A model generated the notes under the pieces. It was given only the letters and a program-made list of their open reading frames with translations. It made no database searches and was not told the DNA's origin. From NCBI GenBank assembly GCA_947463095.1, contig CANHRE010000005.1, forward strand, positions 1,120 through 65,119: DNA of 64,000 bases. The letters run 5' to 3'. A program made the position numbers and the translations under genes. Source of the stretch: Flavobacteriales bacterium. Its GTDB lineage: Bacteria > Bacteroidota > Bacteroidia > NS11-12g > UBA955. This document shows, piece by piece, positions 57,355-64,000 of the stretch. Within the stretch, counting starts at the first letter, position 1, and each line of letters opens with the position of its first letter.

Positions 57355-58854
57355 ATGAACTTTAGAAACCACCTCTATGCATTATTGATGTTGCTTCCTG
57401 CAGCGGCTGAAGCACAGAACACCTGCCGTGAAGTAGTGGGTTATTACGCCGGCTGGCAATGGTACGACCGGAGCAAGCTGATGAATCCTAAATCGCTGCC
57501 GTATGGGAAATACTCCATATTGAACTATGCCTTTTTCCAGCCACAACCCGACGGAAGGTTGAAGATATCAGATCCCTGGGGCGACAAGAATCAACTGCTT
57601 GGTCCCATCAACTGGGCCACCGCACCGGCCGGTTATGATACACAATACGATTTTGGAAACCCCACTTACCACCTGTCCGGACAGCGCCTGAGTGATTACG
57701 CGCACAAAGGAGGCTGCAAGCTGCTGGCATCCATTGGCGGCTGGACCTATTCTGCCAATTTTCCCGCCATTGCTGCAAGTGCCCCGGCAAGAGCAAACTT
57801 CGCCCACGACTGCGCAACGATGGTGGCCTTGTATGGTATGGACGGTGTGGACGTAGACTGGGAATATCCTTCCGGCAATACCGAAAAGCAGAATTTCACT
57901 GTTCTGCTGCGACAGGTGCGCGATTCGCTGAACGCATTGGAGACCAGGCTGAGCCGCAAGCTGATGCTGACCATTGCCGTGGGCGCCGCGCCGGCGCGCA
58001 TGCTCGATGTAGACTGGAGCCAGGTTACCGGCCTGGTGGACATGGTGAACCTGATGAGCTATGACTTTTACGGCTCCTGGGATAAATTCAACAGCCACAA
58101 TGCACCGCTTTATCCGGCGAAGTTTGGTGCACAAGCGGGTTTTAGCTGTTCCGAAGCAGTGAATAACATACTGGCAAAGGGTGTTCCGGCCAACAAACTG
58201 ACCATGGGCGTGGCCTTCTACGGGCGCTCCCAAACAAGCGCTGCGAAGCCTGCCCTCTATCAGGCAAGTACCGGAAATGCAGATTTGGTCACGTTCGCTG
58301 CCGACGAGGGAACCCCCATGTATTATAATGTGCTGAAAGCCATGTCAGGCTTTGATTATTTTTGGGATACTGCCGCCGCAGTGCCTTATCTGATTGGCAA
58401 GCAGGCAACAACCTTCGTTTCCTTTGACGATGAAAAATCGATGGAGCAGAAAGCCATGTTTGTAAACAGCAAAAACCTGCGCGGGGTGATTGTATGGGAA
58501 ATATCCGGCGACATGGTAGAAAGTACGGTTACACCGGGCACCCTCGAACGCACACCTTTGATGGATAAGTTGAATACGGTGTTCTGCAGCGGAAGCACGC
58601 CGGTACAGCATGCAGAAACACATGCTGTTGCCGTTTATCCGAATCCCGCCGCCGATGGCGTGGTTTATTTCCGCGGATTACATCAGGAACAGGTTGTATG
58701 TGCTGTATATAATGTCCGTGGTGCCCTGGTGAAACAGGCCGAGCTGCACAGAAGCAGAGGCTATGAACTCAACCTGTCAGACTTCGCCAGCGGATTTTAC
58801 CTGGTTCAATTAAAAAATGACACCAGAGAAATCATGCTGAAGGTGTTGCGATAA
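57355..58854 (+). CDS. GH18 chitinase with T9SS CTD
   Basis: SIGGW, DGVDVDWEYP catalytic motif, MSYDF, FYGR, IVWE; CTD VYPNPA. Confidence 0.95.
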   Translation: MNFRNHLYALLMLLPAAAEAQNTCREVVGYYAGWQWYDRSKLMNPKSLPYGKYSILNYAFFQPQPDGRLKISDPWGDKNQLLGPINWATAPAGYDTQYDFGNPTYHLSGQRLSDYAHKGGCKLLASIGGWTYSANFPAIAASAPARANFAHDCATMVALYGMDGVDVDWEYPSGNTEKQNFTVLLRQVRDSLNALETRLSRKLMLTIAVGAAPARMLDVDWSQVTGLVDMVNLMSYDFYGSWDKFNSHNAPLYPAKFGAQAGFSCSEAVNNILAKGVPANKLTMGVAFYGRSQTSAAKPALYQASTGNADLVTFAADEGTPMYYNVLKAMSGFDYFWDTAAAVPYLIGKQATTFVSFDDEKSMEQKAMFVNSKNLRGVIVWEISGDMVESTVTPGTLERTPLMDKLNTVFCSGSTPVQHAETHAVAVYPNPAADGVVYFRGLHQEQVVCAVYNVRGALVKQAELHRSRGYELNLSDFASGFYLVQLKNDTREIMLKVLR

Positions 58855-58918
58855 CCACCGTTAAATCATCTGCCTGATAGAAATGGTACCCGCCGCAACA
58901 CTTACCACTTATCCCTTT

Positions 58919-59398
58919 TTAATCGTCATGCTCTTCCGTTCCCGGCACTGCTGTGGCGCCGGAACGGATTTCTGTATGCCTGATTTCTCCACCGCTGCTG
59001 CCTGTTTTCTGACCCATAAAGAGTGAGGCTCCGGCTGCCAAAAACACGCCTATATAAGTCAGCCTGCTGACAGGGTTCTTCCTGCGCTCCATCCAGAAGG
59101 TTGCCAGGGCCAGCACGCCGGTAAGAATAGACACAATCAAAAACACCTTGCCTTCATCTTCGTGGTGGTGGATATGCTGGTCGCTGATGCCAGCTATGCC
59201 TTCGGCAACTTCCTCCGCACCCTCACCGGTCAGGTAGGCCGGAACAGCGGTAATGGCCGTGAGCACAAACAAGGCTAAGGCCGTGTGTTTCACCGTAGAA
59301 TTATTCAGTAAAAAGCCTGCAAGCAGGACCAGCGTGGCGAATACCATACCCACAATGGGCAAGTGGTTCAGCATTAAATGAATATGTGCTCCGTTCAT
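58919..59398 (-). CDS. His-rich membrane protein (DUF2231-like, possible heme b binding)
   Basis: HIHLMLNHLPI, TGEGAE, HHHE, GGEIRHTE; four TMs. Confidence 0.65.
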   Translation of the reverse strand: MNGAHIHLMLNHLPIVGMVFATLVLLAGFLLNNSTVKHTALALFVLTAITAVPAYLTGEGAEEVAEGIAGISDQHIHHHEDEGKVFLIVSILTGVLALATFWMERRKNPVSRLTYIGVFLAAGASLFMGQKTGSSGGEIRHTEIRSGATAVPGTEEHDD

Positions 59399-59445
59399 AT
59401 TTATGGAATTTCGCAGCAAGTTAAATAGTGGAATTGTTTCAGGTG

Positions 59446-59459
59446 CTGATGTAAATCAG
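59446..59459. promoter_or_regulatory. CRP/FNR-family-like palindromic site
   Basis: CTGAT-GTAA-ATCAG centred between divergent TAACTTGC boxes at 59416-59423 (-) and 59483-59490 (+). Confidence 0.65.
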
Positions 59460-59494
59460 ATGCTGCTATGCCATTGCTGATTTAACTTGCTGAG

Positions 59495-61972
59495 GTGGCC
59501 ACATACCCGGGTTTGAGTGAAGCTGAAGCGTCACGTCGTTTGAAACAAGATGGCTTGAATGAATTGCCTGCCTCACAGCCCAAAACGCTGTGGCGTATTG
59601 CCGCAGAAGCCTTAAAAGAGCCCATGTTTCTGCTCTTGATAGCCTGTGGCGTGTTGTACATGACCCTGGGTGATTATCGGGAGGGTCTGCTTATGCTGGC
59701 CGGAATGCTGATCATCATTGGCATCACCTTCATTCAATACCGGCGCACGGAACGCGCCCTGGAAGCGCTGCGCAGCCTGGCCTCACCGAGGGCCTTGGTG
59801 TGGCGCGATGGGTACAGCAAACGCATACCAGGCAATCAGGTGGTTTGTGGCGATGTGTTGGAGTTGCATGAGGGCGACCGCATTCCTGCCGATGCGCTGT
59901 TGCTGGAATCTGAAGGCCTGATGGTGGATGAATCGCTGCTCACGGGTGAATCGGTGCCCGTTGAGAAAAACGGTACCGGTCCCGAACAAGGCATGCTGTT
60001 CAGCAGCACCCTCATTGTTGCGGGCAGGGGCATTGCACGGGTTACAGAAACCGGCGCAGCTACGCGCTTTGGCAGTATTGGCGCTTCCCTGAACGCCATC
60101 AGGCCGGAGCCCACGCACCTGCAGATAGAACTAAAAAAGCTCATCCGCGTGCTGGGACTTGCAGGATTGGGAATTTGCCTGATGCTGGTGTTGCTGTTCT
60201 ACATCGGAGGCACCCCCTTTATCGCGTCGTTGCTGCATGGTCTGGCAGCGGCTATGGCCATCCTGCCCGAGGAATTTCCGGTGGTGATGACCGTATTTCT
60301 GGCCCTTGGCGCCTGGCGGCTTTCACATTCGCAGGTACTTACCCGTAAGCCAGCCGCCATTGAAACCTTGGGTGCCGCAACCATATTGTGTACCGATAAA
60401 ACCGGAACCATTACCCTGAACAAGATGAGTCTTCGCAGCCTGTTCCCGGGTGGACATGTCTGCAATGTTCGAGACCCGGAGGCGGCAACCCTGCTGCACG
60501 CCCTGTGGATGGCCACCCCGGCATCTTCGTCTGATCCCATGGAACATGCCATCCACCAGGCCTGGCTGGAGTTACATGGAGCGTCAGAGGTGCATCCGGA
60601 ACCGGTAAGGGTGTATCCGCTGAACCACGGAACTCCTGCCATGTCGCATGTGTTTCAGGATGGCTCGGGATTCCGCATCTATACCAAAGGCGCCCCTGAA
60701 CTGCTGCTGAACCTATGCGCGATGGAAGATGCACAGCGACAAAGCTGGGAGGCGGCACTGGCTTCCATGGCTTCTGAAGGCCTGAGGGTAATCGCCGTAG
60801 CCACGGCGCTCCTGAAGTCAGGAACGCTGCCCGACGATCAGCGCAGCTTCGCATTTCAACTGCTGGGCCTTGCCGGACTGAAAGACCCCGTGAGGCCTGA
60901 AGTGCCGAGGGCTGTCGATGATTGTATCCGCGCCGGCATCCGTGTGCTGATGATCACCGGCGATTACCCCCTCACCGCGTCTATGATTGCCAAAGATGCC
61001 GGCATACCAGGCTGGCAACAGGTGCTGAGCGGTATAGAGATTGAAGCCATGAGTGAAGAACAGCTCCGCGAGCGCCTGAAATCTGTTTCGGTATGTGCGC
61101 GGGTGGTGCCCGGGCAGAAGTTGCGCATCGTAGAAGCCCTGAAGGCCGATGGTGAAGTGGTGGCCATGACCGGCGACGGAGTGAACGACGCACCGGCGCT
61201 TAAGTCAGCACATATTGGCGTGGCCATGGGCGGCAAAGGAACCGATGTTGCCCGCGAAGCAGCTTCGCTGGTGCTCCTCGACGACAACTTCGCATCCATC
61301 GTGGCGGCGGTGCGCCTGGGCAGGCGCATCTATGACAACCTCAGCAAAGCCATGTCCTACATCCTGGCCATCCACCTGCCCATCATTGTGCTGACCATGC
61401 TGCCTGCCTTTATGGTTGATGCACCGGTATTGCTGCTTCCGCTGCACATTGTGTTTATGGAACTGATCATTGATCCGGTATGCTCTGTAGCATTTGAGTC
61501 GGAACAGGAGGAGCCGAACATCATGCAGCGCCCGCCGCGTAATACCCAAAGACGGTTCTTCGGTGCCGGAGAAATAGGGATCAGCCTGTTGCAGGGTACG
61601 CTGCTGCTGCTGGCCGTGCTCTGCGTATATGGGTATAACATCATGCAGGGGTACAGCGAAGGCATCCTGCGCGCCACCACGTTCAGCGCCCTGATTATGG
61701 GCAATATGCTGCTGATCCTCTCCGCCTTGTCGCGCAGCAGAAGCGCCTGGAAGGTGCTGGCAGAAAGGAACAAAGCCTTGTGGCTGATATTCGGCGTTGC
61801 AGGCGGTATGCTCTCCGCTATGCTGCTGGTTCCAGGCATCGGAAACCTCTTTGCACTGGAAAAACCCGACTTCCACCACTTCGTCCCCGTGCTGATGGTG
61901 CTCTCCCTGATGCTGTTCCTGCTGGAAATGATTAAACTCATGAACAAATACAACAGGCGTGCATTCACGTAA
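59495..61972 (+). CDS. Cation-translocating P-type ATPase (P2-like)
   Basis: DESLLTGES, LPEEFP, DKTGT, KGAPE, MITGD, TGDGVNDAP. Confidence 0.96.
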   Translation: MATYPGLSEAEASRRLKQDGLNELPASQPKTLWRIAAEALKEPMFLLLIACGVLYMTLGDYREGLLMLAGMLIIIGITFIQYRRTERALEALRSLASPRALVWRDGYSKRIPGNQVVCGDVLELHEGDRIPADALLLESEGLMVDESLLTGESVPVEKNGTGPEQGMLFSSTLIVAGRGIARVTETGAATRFGSIGASLNAIRPEPTHLQIELKKLIRVLGLAGLGICLMLVLLFYIGGTPFIASLLHGLAAAMAILPEEFPVVMTVFLALGAWRLSHSQVLTRKPAAIETLGAATILCTDKTGTITLNKMSLRSLFPGGHVCNVRDPEAATLLHALWMATPASSSDPMEHAIHQAWLELHGASEVHPEPVRVYPLNHGTPAMSHVFQDGSGFRIYTKGAPELLLNLCAMEDAQRQSWEAALASMASEGLRVIAVATALLKSGTLPDDQRSFAFQLLGLAGLKDPVRPEVPRAVDDCIRAGIRVLMITGDYPLTASMIAKDAGIPGWQQVLSGIEIEAMSEEQLRERLKSVSVCARVVPGQKLRIVEALKADGEVVAMTGDGVNDAPALKSAHIGVAMGGKGTDVAREAASLVLLDDNFASIVAAVRLGRRIYDNLSKAMSYILAIHLPIIVLTMLPAFMVDAPVLLLPLHIVFMELIIDPVCSVAFESEQEEPNIMQRPPRNTQRRFFGAGEIGISLLQGTLLLLAVLCVYGYNIMQGYSEGILRATTFSALIMGNMLLILSALSRSRSAWKVLAERNKALWLIFGVAGGMLSAMLLVPGIGNLFALEKPDFHHFVPVLMVLSLMLFLLEMIKLMNKYNRRAFT

Positions 61973-61999
61973 TCTGCTTTCACTGAATTTTGCAGAGAG

Positions 62000-62554
62000 A
62001 TGAAGATCCGTGAATTTTCTGAAGTACAGCGCATGCGTGTCTGGTGGGTATGGGGAATGCTGGGGGTGCTGATGCTGATGTATCTGTATGCTGCTTTGCG
62101 GCAGTGGTATGGGCCGGGGAGCTGGAGCAACAACCGCACACCCGAGTGGATGCTGGGGGTGATATTGCTGTTTTTACTTCTTATTCCGGCATTTGTGTTT
62201 ATCATGAAGCTGGAATCACGACTGCACGCCACGGGTGTGGAGTTTCGGTTTTTTCCGCTGCAACGGAAGTGGAAGAAATTCCCATGGGCTGAGGTAGAAC
62301 GCGCCTGGGTACGCAAGTACAGGCCTATCTCAGAGTATGGAGGCTGGGGCATGCGAGGGCTGCCCGGAGCCAACAGCCGGGCCTACTCCATGAGTGGCGA
62401 TTACGGCATACAATTGTTGTTAAAAAATGGCAAGAGCATCCTGCTGGGAACACAAAATGCACTCGAGGCAGAACAAGCGTTGCAGCATTTATCGGAGCTT
62501 GCCGGTTTTATTCCGGAAGCGCCTCCTGAGTTAAATACTAAAAACGAAAAGTAA
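62000..62554 (+). CDS. Hypothetical membrane protein (DUF6141-like)
   Basis: F.E.QR, two TMs, YRPISEYGGWGMR, G..GIQL.LKNG..ILLGTQ. Confidence 0.75.
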   Translation: MKIREFSEVQRMRVWWVWGMLGVLMLMYLYAALRQWYGPGSWSNNRTPEWMLGVILLFLLLIPAFVFIMKLESRLHATGVEFRFFPLQRKWKKFPWAEVERAWVRKYRPISEYGGWGMRGLPGANSRAYSMSGDYGIQLLLKNGKSILLGTQNALEAEQALQHLSELAGFIPEAPPELNTKNEK

Positions 62555-63455
62555 GCCCTTCTTCAGCTACGGCAGTGGTGGGGAACACCTCCTGCGCTTC
62601 AGCCAGCAGGCCATCGGTGCTGCGGTAGCGTGCAGAGAAGTGACCGATGAGCAGTTGCTTTACTTCAGCCGCCTGAGCCAGCATAGCGGCCTGCCTGGCG
62701 GTGGTATGAAAGGTGCTCACTGCGCGGTCCAGCAAGTCGTGCATGAACGTGGCTTCATGGTACAGCAGGTCAACACCGCGGATGCTGTCGGCAAGGTCCG
62801 GCAGGTAGATGGTGTCGCTGAGGTAGGCATAGCTGCGCGGAGCCCTGCCGGGCCGGGTAAGCAGATTGTTCGGGATGATGATGCCATCAGGCTTTGTAAA
62901 GTCCATGCCTTGCAGCAGTGCTTCGTAGGAAGCCATCGGCACGGCGTGCAGGTCGCAGGTTTCGCGGTTCAGGTGACGCGCCGCTGTTTTTTCGCGGAAG
63001 ATGAAGCCCGTGCAGGGGATCCGGTGTTCCAAAGGAATGCTGTGCACGCTGCAATCTTGTTTGTCAAGCAGCAGTTCAGGGACTTGCGGGTTGGTAATCA
63101 GGTAGCTAACGGTGAATTTCAATTCTACGTTGGAAGCGTTGAGCATCTGTTCCATCAGGGCCTGCAGCCCCTCAGGTCCGGCGATGAGCAAGGCTTCGCT
63201 TCGCCCGCCCAGGTTCATGGTGCTCAGCAAGCCGGGCAGGCCGTAAAAATGGTCGCCGTGGAGATGGCTGATCAGGATGTAGCGGATGCGGGAAAAACGG
63301 ATGCCGTGCAGCAATAACTGGCGCTGCGTACCCTCTCCGCAGTCAACAAGAAAATGCGAACCGTCCAGGCTTACAAACTGCGCCGAATGATGCCTGGTTT
63401 TGGTAGGCGAGGCAGAGCTGGAGCCGAGGATGGTAACTTCAAACGGCGGATTCAT
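62538..63455 (-). CDS. rnz: Ribonuclease Z
   Basis: LGSSSASP, DCGEGTQ, HLHGDH, SDT, HEATF, HFSARY. Confidence 0.97.
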   Translation of the reverse strand: MNPPFEVTILGSSSASPTKTRHHSAQFVSLDGSHFLVDCGEGTQRQLLLHGIRFSRIRYILISHLHGDHFYGLPGLLSTMNLGGRSEALLIAGPEGLQALMEQMLNASNVELKFTVSYLITNPQVPELLLDKQDCSVHSIPLEHRIPCTGFIFREKTAARHLNRETCDLHAVPMASYEALLQGMDFTKPDGIIIPNNLLTRPGRAPRSYAYLSDTIYLPDLADSIRGVDLLYHEATFMHDLLDRAVSTFHTTARQAAMLAQAAEVKQLLIGHFSARYRSTDGLLAEAQEVFPTTAVAEEGLTFRF

Positions 63456-63826
63456 CCTTCCTGATCGTCGAAGCTTCTCAACAGGTCTTGTTCTATTTGT
63501 TCCATGTACACATAATCTGCAGCTTCGTCATCTGAAGGAATGCAGTGCAGGCCAATCATTTCCATCTGCGGTATGAGCGTCTCGCTGAGTTCACTGATCA
63601 CGATGATGCCTGCCTGTTGACGGTTTCGGTTATATAATTCCTTCACATGAAACAATTCCTCATCGCTTATGTGCTCAATGCTGGAACAGTTGATGACCAG
63701 ATTGGGGTTGTTGCTGGCGGCTTCCACCAGTTGTTGTACAAAGTGGCTGTTGTCGTGAAACTCGAACCGGGGCGAGGTCATGCGTACATAGACGTAGTGG
63801 TCGTGAACTTCAAGGGTATGGCTCAT
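63452..63826 (-). CDS. Degenerate STAS-like protein
   Basis: NLVINCSSIEHI...DEAADYVYMEQIEQDL; ATGA-coupled to rnz as in other Bacteroidota. Start moved to MSHTLEV. Confidence 0.7.
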   Translation of the reverse strand: MSHTLEVHDHYVYVRMTSPRFEFHDNSHFVQQLVEAASNNPNLVINCSSIEHISDEELFHVKELYNRNRQQAGIIVISELSETLIPQMEMIGLHCIPSDDEAADYVYMEQIEQDLLRSFDDQEG

Positions 63827-63923
63827 AACTGCTGAAGGATGAATACACAAAATACAACAATAGCAGCCGCAAACCCCCAATGGGAAGCATTATTTTTTCT
63901 TGTGAATTCACAAAAACGGCTTT

Positions 63924-64000
63924 CTAGCCAACAGGATGCATCACGGATTTTACCGCTTCCAGCACTTCATCAAGGCTTGCGCGACTGATACAGGGCGAAT
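63924..64000 (-). CDS. 3' end of an unidentified gene entering from the right edge
   Basis: Open frame ...SPCISRASLDEVLEAVKSVMHPVG-stop; too short to identify. Confidence 0.3.
   Translation of the reverse strand, partial: SPCISRASLDEVLEAVKSVMHPVG

Noticed and set aside
63900-63913. Rex operator
   Set aside because: The half-sites match TTGTGAA/TTCACAA but the required 4-nt spacer is absent.

Overview
Chromosomal segment of a moderately GC-rich Bacteroidota genome, judged from TAnnTTTG-type -7 promoter boxes, seven T9SS C-terminal-domain cargo proteins, and nusB-DUF1573-yajC-coaE and pheT-zapA-rny gene order. Most of the window is housekeeping: rpoN, asnS, two SurA/parvulin PPIases plus MoxR, polA, ltaE, coaE, yajC, nusB, prmA, pheT, zapA, rny, a split metH, ricT and rnz. 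Secreted enzymes are interspersed: a sulfatase, M1, M43 and M54 proteases, an SGNH/beta-helix fusion, a heme-c copper monooxygenase and a GH18 chitinase. No rRNA, tRNA, CRISPR array, integrase or transposase was seen. Best leads: (1) an AT-rich four-gene cassette (13297-15997), next to a truncated REP-like element, encoding two divergent paralogous secreted proteins, a putative beta-propeller and a CxxC lipoprotein; (2) two candidate small RNAs with an anti-start-codon UUCAUA motif just before their terminators (about 22347-22448 and 26279-26439); (3) a stand-alone NqrB/RnfD-like membrane protein translationally coupled to a Cys-bearing DUF2330 protein; (4) a T9SS heme-c/PHM-type copper monooxygenase clustered with a chitinase downstream of a TPR-LuxR regulator; (5) a tail-fibre-like protein without a CTD paired with a CTD-only partner. 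All product calls come from reading motifs by eye; no database searches were run.
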